64,000 nt of DNA from an uncultured delta proteobacterium. GTDB lineage: Bacteria; Desulfobacterota; Binatia; Binatales; Binataceae. Position numbers and translations under genes: made by a program. Below are positions 56,178 through 64,000 of this stretch, piece by piece (within the stretch, counting starts at the first letter, position 1; each line of letters begins with the position of its first letter). The notes below the pieces were generated by a model that saw nothing but the letters and a program-made list of their open reading frames with translations, had not been told where the DNA came from and did no database searches. The stretch is taken from the NCBI GenBank assembly GCA_963711565.1, contig CAVQEQ010000003.1, positions 480,001 to 544,000 on the forward strand, given 5' to 3'.

Positions 56178-56191
56178 ATGCGCGCACGTAA

Positions 56192-56227
56192 CCTCACCCC
56201 TAACCCCTCTCCCTTCAGGAGAGGGGG
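56192..56227. repeat. Palindromic element (CCTCACCCC...CCCCTCTCC/GGAGAGGGG), likely also a terminator
   Basis: Hairpin CCCCTCTCC-CTTCA-GGAGAGGGG between convergent genes; same family as 6471-6594. Confidence 0.75.
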
Positions 56228-56239
56228 ACAGAAAAGAGA

Positions 56240-56683
56240 TTACGCGAGTTCGCTGATTGCGGTCGTCAGGAAGTGGCTGAAGAGCGCGCCGGTCGAGTCG
56301 AGCGCTACGTCATATAGCGAGGCGGTGCGGCCGGGCACGAAGATTTGATGGCCCTCGTCGGTCAGCGCGTAGACGACGCAAAGCATCAGCGCGAGGTACG
56401 GCCGCTGCTTCATCGGTCCGCGCACCAGCAGCCAGAAGAGAATTCCGTACTCGGTGAAGTGCGCGGCCTTGCGCACCAGCATATGGCAGACGTCGACCGA
56501 CGCGGCGCTGATTCCCGGAATCAACCATCGCAGGATCGGGTCGATGATTTTGCCGGTGTTGGCGGCGGAAAACGCCGAGGTCGAGAGCGTGAAGATCAGG
56601 GCGCCCCATAGAATTACAGGGATCCATTCGCCGAGCGGAGCGAGCTCCGGCGCGCCGGCTGACAAGGATTTCTCCGCCGGCAT
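56240..56683 (-). CDS. VanZ family membrane protein
   Basis: RKAAHFTEYGIL, YALTDEGHQIFVPGR, DVALDSTG. Confidence 0.92.
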   Translation of the reverse strand: MPAEKSLSAGAPELAPLGEWIPVILWGALIFTLSTSAFSAANTGKIIDPILRWLIPGISAASVDVCHMLVRKAAHFTEYGILFWLLVRGPMKQRPYLALMLCVVYALTDEGHQIFVPGRTASLYDVALDSTGALFSHFLTTAISELA

Positions 56684-56858
56684 CTAGAGGGCCGCCGTTT
56701 CCATGACCCCTGCGGAGGGCATGCAGTCTGAAGTCGAACGGGGATTACGGACGAGATGCTTTTTCATGAGGATCGAAAACGTGTCAAACTTAGCAATCAT
56801 CGCCGCGCGAAACCACTAGAAGCGCGCGCCTGCGCGATCCGACAAGGAAGGCCGCAAC

Positions 56859-58382
56859 ATGGACAACCTCTTAACTATACAACGAGCGCAGCCGGCGCCG
56901 CCATGCACGGTCGTAATTTTCGGCGCGTCCGGCGATCTGGCCAAGCGCAAGCTGATTCCGTCGCTGTACAATCTCGTCGCCTGCGGCGAGGGCATGATGC
57001 CGCCGAAAAGCGCGGTGCTGGGATTCGCGCGGCGCGAAATGTCGCTCGACGATTTCCGCAAAAGCGCGCACGACTGGACGACCCGATTCTCGCGGCTGAA
57101 GGTTGACGAGGGGTGCTGGGCGAGGTTCGCGGACAACCTCGATTACCTGTCCGGACTCGACCGTCCTGACGGTTTCACAAAACTTAAAGCTAAACTTGAA
57201 GCTATCGAAAAGGCGCACGGGCTGCCGCCGAATCGCGTCTATTACCTGGCGATACCGCCCGAGGCGATTGGCGAATCGGTCGAGCGGCTGAGCACGGCTG
57301 GTCTTATCGCCGCGCCGACCGCGCCGAACTTCACGCGCGTCGTCGTCGAAAAGCCAATCGGCCACGATCTGCCGAGCGCGCTCGAAGTCAATCGCACGAT
57401 GGTGAAGTATCTCGCCGAGTCGCAGATTTTCCGCATCGACCATTACCTCGGCAAGGAGACCGTGCAGAACCTGCTGGCGCTGCGCTTCTCGAACGATATT
57501 TTCGAGCGCCTGTGGGGCGCGCGCAACGTCGATCACGTGCAGATAACGGTGGCGGAAGCGGAAGGCGTCGGCAGCCGCGCGATGTACTACGACCATTCGG
57601 GCGCGCTGCGCGACATGGTGCAGAACCACATCCTGCAAGTGCTGTGCATGCTGACGATGGAGGCGCCTGTGTCGCTCGACTCGTCGGCGATTCGCGACGC
57701 GAAGCTCAACGTGTTGCGCACGCTGCGTCCGATCAAGCCGATGGATGCGCGCGCGAACACGGTGCGGGCGCGCTACGCGGCGGGCGCCGACGCGGACGGC
57801 AAGCCGGTGCCGGCCTACATGGACGAACAGGGGATCGCGGACAACTCGCGGATCGAGACGTATGTCGCGCTGAAGGCGTACATCGACAACTGGCGATGGT
57901 CGGGGGTGCCGTTTTTCATTCGCACCGGCAAGCGGATGAAGGCGCGGGCGAGTTCGATCTACGTGCAGTTCAAGGACGTGCCGCAAATTCTGTTCAATCG
58001 CGATTCGAAGGTTCCGGCTAACGGGCTGATGATTCGGATTCAGCCCGACGAAGGTTTTTCGTTCGACGTGATGACCAAGCGGCCGGGGCTCGACCTGGTG
58101 CTGCAACCGGTGCGGATGAATCTCAGCTACAACACCGCGTTCGGCGACGGCGCGTCACCGGACGGCTACGAGCGGCTGCTGCTCGACGTGATGGACGGCG
58201 ACCATACGCTGTTTATCAGCGCGCAGTTCGTCGAGAAGTCGTGGGAGTTCGTGCAAGGAATTTTGGATTCGTGGAGCGACGGCGTGCGCGTCCCGCTGGT
58301 CGAGTATCCCGCCGGCAGCTGGGGGCCCAAGGAGGCCGACCAGTTGATTCGTTTCGCGGGACGAGTATGGCATGAGCCATAG
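56859..58382 (+). CDS. zwf: Glucose-6-phosphate 1-dehydrogenase
   Basis: GASGDLAKRKL, VEKPIG, RIDHYLGKE, RDMVQNH, RTGKR. Confidence 0.97.
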   Translation: MDNLLTIQRAQPAPPCTVVIFGASGDLAKRKLIPSLYNLVACGEGMMPPKSAVLGFARREMSLDDFRKSAHDWTTRFSRLKVDEGCWARFADNLDYLSGLDRPDGFTKLKAKLEAIEKAHGLPPNRVYYLAIPPEAIGESVERLSTAGLIAAPTAPNFTRVVVEKPIGHDLPSALEVNRTMVKYLAESQIFRIDHYLGKETVQNLLALRFSNDIFERLWGARNVDHVQITVAEAEGVGSRAMYYDHSGALRDMVQNHILQVLCMLTMEAPVSLDSSAIRDAKLNVLRTLRPIKPMDARANTVRARYAAGADADGKPVPAYMDEQGIADNSRIETYVALKAYIDNWRWSGVPFFIRTGKRMKARASSIYVQFKDVPQILFNRDSKVPANGLMIRIQPDEGFSFDVMTKRPGLDLVLQPVRMNLSYNTAFGDGASPDGYERLLLDVMDGDHTLFISAQFVEKSWEFVQGILDSWSDGVRVPLVEYPAGSWGPKEADQLIRFAGRVWHEP

Positions 58383-58394
58383 AGGGATAAATTC

Positions 58395-58727
58395 ATGACC
58401 ATCGATGGATGCTGCGGTTCCGAATCGCCGATCGCTTGCGAACTCGGCGCAATCTCCGCCGCCGATCGGCCACGCTACGATGAACTGCGCAAGATGCTCG
58501 CCGCATCGGCGATCGGCAAGCGCGAACTGTCGGATGGCGTCGCGGTACGAATCTCGACGGAGCGCATGGCGCTCGCGCAGCTTGCGGAGTGGATCTCGTT
58601 CGAGCGCAAGTGCTGCCCTTTTCTGGATTTCAGAATCGACGTCGCGCCCGAGTCCGGGCCGGTGTGGGTGAGCCTGACGGGCCGCGCCGGCGTCAAGGAA
58701 TTTCTGGCGCACGCGTTCGGCAAGTAG
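58395..58727 (+). CDS. Small conserved Cys-motif hypothetical protein
   Basis: GCCG, PIACEL and ERKCCPFLDF motifs. Confidence 0.8.
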   Translation: MTIDGCCGSESPIACELGAISAADRPRYDELRKMLAASAIGKRELSDGVAVRISTERMALAQLAEWISFERKCCPFLDFRIDVAPESGPVWVSLTGRAGVKEFLAHAFGK

Positions 58728-58846
58728 CTCGAAAGCCTTCTCCCCCAAGGGGCTTTCGGGCTGTGGCATAGCTGACCGGCCTCGGCTAACATCTCTCGCC
58801 GCTACTGCGGCTGCGAAATCGCAATTCAACGAGGATCGGAGAGCAC

Positions 58847-60133
58847 TTGGGCGAGAACAACAAGGTCGTAATTATCGGCGCGAACGGGACGATGGGCGCG
58901 GGCGCGGGATGCGTCTTCGCGGGCGCCGGTTACAACGTCACGATGCTGGCGCGGTCGCCGGGCAAGGCGGCGGAAGGATTGACGGATGCGCAGAACGACG
59001 CGCGCGCGGAGGCGATCGCGGAGAGAATCTCGATCGGCGCCTACGACGCCGACCTCGGCCGCACGGTCGGCGAGGCAGCGATTGTGTTCGAGTCGCTCGC
59101 CGAAGATCTGCCGCTCAAGAAACAGTTCTTCGAGCTGATCGACAAGAGCCGGCGTCCTGACGCGATTATCGCGACCGGATCGTCGGGGCTGTCGATCGCG
59201 GAGATGGCGCGCGGGCGGAGCGAGTCGTTCCGCCGCAACTTCCTCGGCGTGCATCTGTTCAATCCGCCGCACGTGATTGTCGGCACTGAAGTGATTCCGG
59301 GACCGGATACCGATCCCGCAGTCGTGAAGAACGTGGTCGCGATACTGACCAAGCGGCTCGGCCGCAAGGTGATCGTCACCAAAGATATGCCGGCGTTTGT
59401 CGGCAATCGCGTCGGCTTCAAAGTATTGAACGAGACTGCGCAACTCGCGGCAGAGCACGGCGTCGCGTACATCGACTATCTGATCGGACCGCATACCGGG
59501 CGCGCGATGGCGCCGCTGGCGACTGTCGATCTCGTCGGCTGGGACGTGCACAAGGCGATCGTCGACAACGTCCATGCGAATTGTAAAGACGAGGCGCACG
59601 AATCGTTCGCGATGCCCGCGTACATGAACGCGGCGATGCGCCACGGATGCCTCGGCGACAAGACGCCCGAGCGTGGCGGTTTCTATCGTCGCGCGGGCAA
59701 GGAAGTTTTCGTGCTCGATCCGAAAACCGGCGGCCACGAGAAATTCGCGAAGCCCGCGCCGATCGAGTTCGTCGAAAAGATGAAACAGTTGCATCATGTG
59801 GGTCGCTACGCCGACGCGTTGAAGGTCCTCGCCGAGGCGCAGGGGGCGGACGCCGACCTGTGCCGGCGCGTGGTGCTCGGTTACGTCAGCTATGCGCTGA
59901 ACCGCGTCGGCGAAGTAGCGGCGAGCGCGGCCGACGTGGACACGATCATGTCGTACGGCTTCAACTGGGCGCCGCCGACGGCGATCGTCGATCTGATCGG
60001 CGCGAAGGACACCGTGGCGATGCTGCAAAAGCTGAAGCTCACGGTGCCCAAAACCGTCGAGCAAGCCGCGTCGCGCGATGCTAAAATGTTTACAGGCGGC
60101 GTACTCGAATACGGCCGGACTTTTGTCGGGTGA
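58847..60133 (+). CDS. 3-hydroxyacyl-CoA dehydrogenase family protein
   Basis: GANGTMG Rossmann motif, ESLAED, HLFNPP, FVGNRVG, DLVGWD. Confidence 0.9.
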   Translation: MGENNKVVIIGANGTMGAGAGCVFAGAGYNVTMLARSPGKAAEGLTDAQNDARAEAIAERISIGAYDADLGRTVGEAAIVFESLAEDLPLKKQFFELIDKSRRPDAIIATGSSGLSIAEMARGRSESFRRNFLGVHLFNPPHVIVGTEVIPGPDTDPAVVKNVVAILTKRLGRKVIVTKDMPAFVGNRVGFKVLNETAQLAAEHGVAYIDYLIGPHTGRAMAPLATVDLVGWDVHKAIVDNVHANCKDEAHESFAMPAYMNAAMRHGCLGDKTPERGGFYRRAGKEVFVLDPKTGGHEKFAKPAPIEFVEKMKQLHHVGRYADALKVLAEAQGADADLCRRVVLGYVSYALNRVGEVAASAADVDTIMSYGFNWAPPTAIVDLIGAKDTVAMLQKLKLTVPKTVEQAASRDAKMFTGGVLEYGRTFVG

Positions 60134-60202
60134 TGGAATTCCCGGGTTGGATGATTAGATTAGTTGCCGTATGATTACGCTCATAATCAATAGGAGGGCG
60201 CG

Positions 60203-61438
60203 ATGACGAAGCCAGCGCCGGTGTACGTATTGGGCGGAGCGCAAACCGACTTTGCCCGCAACTGGACCAAGGAAGGAAAGCATTTCGTGGCGATGATGCG
60301 CGAGGCCACCCTGGCCGCGCTCGAAGCCACGCGGATCGAGCCGCGCGAAGTCGAGACCGCTCACGTCGGCAACTTCGCCGCCGAACTTTACGCCAAGCAG
60401 GGTCACATCGGCGCATTTTTCGTCGAGGTCGATCCGGCGTTTTCGGGACTGCCGACGAGCCGGCATGAGGCGGCGTGTGCGTCGGGCTCGATCGCGCTGA
60501 TTGCAGCGTCGGCCGAGATTGAAGCCGCGCGCTACGACCTGGCGTGCGTGGTCGGCGTCGAACAGATGAAAACCGTCGATTCGACCACCGGCGGCGACTA
60601 TCTCGGGACCGCGGCGTGGTACGAGCGTGAGGCCAAGGGAATTGAGTTCCCGTTCCCGAAACTGTTCGGCCGGCTTGGCGACGAGTACGACAAACGCTAC
60701 GGCCTGAAGGACGAGCATCTCGCGCACATTTCGGCGGTGAATTATTCCAACGCCAAGCGCAATCCGAATGCGCAGACCCGCAACTGGTTCATGAGCGAGA
60801 GTCACGCGCAGCACGAAAGCAAGTTCAACCAGGTCATCGGCGGCCGGATCAAAGTGAGCGATTGCTCGCAGGTCACCGACGGCTCGGTCGCGGTTTTCCT
60901 CGCGTCGGAAAAGTTTGCGAGCGCGTGGGCCAAGCGCAACGGCAAGACGCTCGCGGATATTCCGCGCATCCTTGGCTGGGGCCATCATACGGCGCCGCTC
61001 GAATTCGACACCAAGGTGGCGGAGAGCCGCGACAACGCGTACGTGCTGCCGCATACTCGGCAGGCGATTCTCGACGCCTTCAAGCGCGCGGAGATCGGGA
61101 CGGTGGCCGAGCTCTCGGGAATCGAGACGCACGACTGCTTCACCACGTCGGAGTACATGGCGATCGACCATTTCGGAATCACCAAGCCGGGCGAATCGTG
61201 GAAGGCGGTCGAGGAAGGCGTGATCGAGCTCGGCGGCAAGCTGCCGATCAATCCGAGCGGCGGGCTGATTGGCGCGGGCCATCCGGTGGGCGCGACCGGA
61301 GTGCGCCAGATGCTCGATTGTCATCGACAAATCACGCATAGCGCGGGCGACTATCAAGTCGAAGGCGCAAAGAAATTCGCGATGCTGAACATCGGCGGCA
61401 GCGGCACCACCAGCTGCGTATTCATCGTCGGCAAGTAA
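60203..61438 (+). CDS. Acetyl-CoA acetyltransferase (SCP2-type thiolase)
   Basis: EAACASG, ETHDCF, NPSGGL...GHPVGATG. Confidence 0.93.
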   Translation: MTKPAPVYVLGGAQTDFARNWTKEGKHFVAMMREATLAALEATRIEPREVETAHVGNFAAELYAKQGHIGAFFVEVDPAFSGLPTSRHEAACASGSIALIAASAEIEAARYDLACVVGVEQMKTVDSTTGGDYLGTAAWYEREAKGIEFPFPKLFGRLGDEYDKRYGLKDEHLAHISAVNYSNAKRNPNAQTRNWFMSESHAQHESKFNQVIGGRIKVSDCSQVTDGSVAVFLASEKFASAWAKRNGKTLADIPRILGWGHHTAPLEFDTKVAESRDNAYVLPHTRQAILDAFKRAEIGTVAELSGIETHDCFTTSEYMAIDHFGITKPGESWKAVEEGVIELGGKLPINPSGGLIGAGHPVGATGVRQMLDCHRQITHSAGDYQVEGAKKFAMLNIGGSGTTSCVFIVGK

Positions 61439-61462
61439 GCGCGCGCGATTTTCGAATTGTCG

Positions 61463-61498
61463 AAGCGGCGGTCCCGAAAGGATCGCCGCTTTTCTTTT
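61463..61498 (+). terminator. Rho-independent terminator
   Basis: AAGCGGCGGTCC-CGAAA-GGATCGCCGCTT stem followed by TTCTTTT, just after the thiolase stop. Confidence 0.85.
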
Positions 61499-61542
61499 GA
61501 TTCCTGATTGGCTCGCGCTTGGCGGCGCGGCACAATTGCCGG

Positions 61543-62457
61543 ATGCCCAGGAAAACTCCGTTCATCCTTGTCGATGTGTTCACCTCGCGGCCGTTCGGCG
61601 GCAATCAGCTCGCCGTGTTCACCGAAGGCGCCGCACTCAGCGCGAGCGAGATGCAGGAGCTGGCGCATGAGATGAACTTCAGCGAATCGACGTTCGTGAT
61701 GCCGCCCGATTCTTCGGGCGCGCGACGCGTTAGGATTTTCACGCCGACGGTGGAGGTTCCAATGGCCGGGCATCCTACGGTCGGCACCGCCTGGGTGCTC
61801 GCGAGTCGTGGCGAGATCGCGCTCAAATCTGCAAGCGTCGATGCGACCTTGCATCTCGGGATTGGGCCGGTGACGGTCACGGTCGAGAGCACCGGCGGCA
61901 AGCCGGATTTTGTCTGGATGGCGCATCGCGAGGCGGAGTTCGGCGCGAAGCGAACAGATGTCGAGCGGTTCGCGGCGGCGCTCGGAATCGCTCCGACGGA
62001 TATCCGCAGTGACCTGCCGATCCAGATCGTGTCGACCGGCTTTCCGTTCGTTTTTGTCCCGCTTCGCAGTATCGAAGCGCTCGGCAGATGCTATCCCAAC
62101 AAGGCCGCCATCGCGGCGCTGTTCAAGGCGGGGCCGCGGGAGCAGCCGCCTCTCATATATATGTTTGTCGCAGGGCAGTCGGGCGAATTCTCGGTTCGGT
62201 CGCGGATGTTCGCGCCGTTTAACGGCATTGCGGAGGACCCCGCGACCGGCAGCGCCGCGGCTCCATTCGGCGCGTACGCCGCGACTTATGGATTAATCAA
62301 GCCCGCGCCCAAGACTGAATTCCTGATTCAGCAAGGCGTCGAGATGGGACGGCCGAGCGAGATTCGCGTCGAGGTTACGCGCAAGGAGAGCGGCGCGTTC
62401 GCGATTCGAATCGGCGGGCGATGCGCGATCGTCGGCGAAGGTTCGATGTTCCTCTAA
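61543..62457 (+). CDS. PhzF family epimerase/isomerase
   Basis: DVFT...GGNQLAV, NFSESTF, RIFTP..E.PMAGHPT, EDPATGSA. Confidence 0.93.
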   Translation: MPRKTPFILVDVFTSRPFGGNQLAVFTEGAALSASEMQELAHEMNFSESTFVMPPDSSGARRVRIFTPTVEVPMAGHPTVGTAWVLASRGEIALKSASVDATLHLGIGPVTVTVESTGGKPDFVWMAHREAEFGAKRTDVERFAAALGIAPTDIRSDLPIQIVSTGFPFVFVPLRSIEALGRCYPNKAAIAALFKAGPREQPPLIYMFVAGQSGEFSVRSRMFAPFNGIAEDPATGSAAAPFGAYAATYGLIKPAPKTEFLIQQGVEMGRPSEIRVEVTRKESGAFAIRIGGRCAIVGEGSMFL

Positions 62458-62484
62458 CGCGCGGGCGCGGCTATTGTTGTGAGT

Positions 62485-63069
62485 ATGGACGATCGCCATA
62501 TTCCGTCGGTCGGCGAGAAGGCTCCCGAGTTTGCGCTCGCGGACTCGACCGGCGTGGTGCGCCGGCTCGACCACCTGGTCGCCGGCGGATTGTGCGTCGT
62601 CGTTTTCTATCGCGGACATTGGTGACCGTTCTGCCTCCGCCAGTTGGCGGACTACTCGAAGCATCTCGAGGATTTTCGCGCGGCCGGCGCCGAGCTGGTC
62701 GCGATCTCGGTTGACGACGCCGCTCGCGCGGAGCCGGTGCGCCAGGAGCTTGGCGTCAAATTTCCGCTGCTGTGCGACACGCGGCGCGAGGTCGTCAAGA
62801 CGTACGGCCTGCTGAACAGCGGAGAGAAAGGCGGAATAGCATTCCCCGCTTCATTTGTGATCGATCGCGAGCGCGTCGTGCGTTTCCGCGCGCTCGAAGA
62901 AGTCGTACCGCGCGTCAACGTGGACCAATTACTCGAACTCGTCCGTGACCTTGGCAAGGGCGTCGAATCGCAAACCAAACCGCGCACGCGCGGCGTCTTT
63001 CCCGGACTGATGTTCCTGCAGGCGACCATGAACGCGCTTCGGCACGGCGTCCGTTCGCCAAATAAATAA
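62485..63069 (+). CDS. Peroxiredoxin-like (AhpC/TSA) selenoprotein, Sec at codon 47
   Basis: ATG 62485 reads MDDRHIPSVGEKAPEFALADSTG...VVVFYRGHW-TGA(62623)-PFCLRQL and continues in frame into ORF 62644..63069. TGA occupies the first Cys position of the WCPxC motif. Confidence 0.88.
62626..62651 (+). promoter_or_regulatory. Candidate bacterial SECIS element
   Basis: After a 10-nt spacer following the UGA: stem TCCGCC / GGCGGA closing an AGTT loop (G-U in the apical loop). Confidence 0.7.
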
Positions 63070-63117
63070 CTTTCCGTTCGGGCTCGCCGAGCCTATGATT
63101 CAGCGGATGAGGTCTGC

Positions 63118-64000
63118 ATGAATCGTCGATATATTGTCGCGCTTTCGTTTCTTCTTGCCTTCGGACTCATCGCGTGCGCGGGCGGCGGTGTGACCGAAAC
63201 GCCGCCGGTCTTCGTCACGAGTCCGCAAGGGAACCGCGTCGAGGCGCTCGCGATGACCACGCCGCGGGCGAACGCCGCCGCGATTCGGCTGCGCGATGGA
63301 CGCGTGCTGATTTGCGGCGGCACCGCAACCGGACAAATCGGCGGCGTGCTGTCGAGCGCCGAGCTGTACGACCCGGTCGCGCGCACCTTCACTCCCACCG
63401 GTTCGATGACGGTGCCGCGCACCGGACAGACGATCACGCTGCTGCAGGACGGGCGCGTGCTGCTCACGGGCGGAGACAAGAACGCCGGCTATCGATCGCA
63501 ACTCGCCAGTGCGGAGATTTACGATCCATCGACAGGCACCTTCAGCGCGACCGGCTCGATGTCAACGCCGCGCGAAGGGCATACCGCAACCTTACTTCGC
63601 GACGGGCAGGTGCTGGTCGCGGGCGGCAGCCCCAACGGCATCCAGACGACGGGTAGCGCCGAGATTTACGATCCAGCGAGCGGGACGTTTCTCCGCACGG
63701 GCCATCTGCATCAGCCGCGCGTCGCGCATGTCGCCGCGCTGCTCGGCACGGGCCAGGTCTTGATCGCCGGCGGCGGCCGTGGCGGCATGCCGGGCGGATA
63801 CATCTCGTACGACACGGCGGAAACGTATGACCCGGCGACGGGCAGGTTTACGACGGTGTTCGCGCACATGAAGAGCGATCGCGTCGGCGCGGCCGCGGTC
63901 AGACTCAACGATGGGCGCGTGCTGATCGTCGGCGGCAAGAGCGGCAAAGTCATCGTCGGCATGCGCACTCTCGCGTCGATGGCGCCGCTTAACACCGCGG
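63118..64000 (+). CDS. Kelch-repeat (galactose oxidase-like propeller) lipoprotein, 3'-truncated
   Basis: MNRRYIVALSFLLAFGLIAC lipobox; repeated R..H.ATLL.DG.VLVAGG...AEIYDP..GTF..TGSM units; open to the window end and absent from the ORF track. Confidence 0.9.
   Translation, partial: MNRRYIVALSFLLAFGLIACAGGGVTETPPVFVTSPQGNRVEALAMTTPRANAAAIRLRDGRVLICGGTATGQIGGVLSSAELYDPVARTFTPTGSMTVPRTGQTITLLQDGRVLLTGGDKNAGYRSQLASAEIYDPSTGTFSATGSMSTPREGHTATLLRDGQVLVAGGSPNGIQTTGSAEIYDPASGTFLRTGHLHQPRVAHVAALLGTGQVLIAGGGRGGMPGGYISYDTAETYDPATGRFTTVFAHMKSDRVGAAAVRLNDGRVLIVGGKSGKVIVGMRTLASMAPLNTA

Noticed and set aside
62644-63069. 141-aa ORF starting at TTG 62644 as a complete gene, or a pseudogene call for the peroxiredoxin
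   Set aside because: It lacks the active site. The upstream in-frame segment, the motif-position TGA and the hairpin favour Sec read-through.

Overview
High-GC bacterial chromosomal window. Gene style suggests a deltaproteobacterial-type soil lineage such as Candidatus Binatus; this is an inference only. The left end has a truncated Cys-rich protein, a mutL-miaA-accA operon, rpmB and small accessory genes. The centre (about 8.3-45.7 kb) is a surface-glycan region. Its core is a ~26 kb minus-strand Wzx/Wzy/Wzc/Wza operon with ~10 glycosyltransferases, 4 methyltransferases, an O-acyltransferase and an O-antigen-ligase-TPR protein. It is flanked by a GT-C-like membrane protein, a secreted tailspike-like beta-helix protein, a beta-propeller/Ig surface protein and a WecA-type initiating transferase fusion. 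The right part is metabolic: HtrA-like protease, TPP enzyme, antiporter, LplA-like operon, zwf, hydroxyacyl-CoA dehydrogenase/thiolase, PhzF and a truncated Kelch lipoprotein. The best hidden signals are: (1) a peroxiredoxin-like selenoprotein (in-frame TGA in a WUPFC motif with a SECIS-like hairpin) that the ORF track truncates; (2) a three-copy ~70 bp two-hairpin intergenic element with a compensatory base change; (3) a tailspike-like gene and a possible protein-glycosylation module tied to the glycan locus; (4) an insertion scar around a methyltransferase; (5) an LplA homolog apparently lacking the catalytic lysine. No rRNA, tRNA, CRISPR array, transposase or integrase was seen. All family assignments come from motif recognition by eye, not from database searches.
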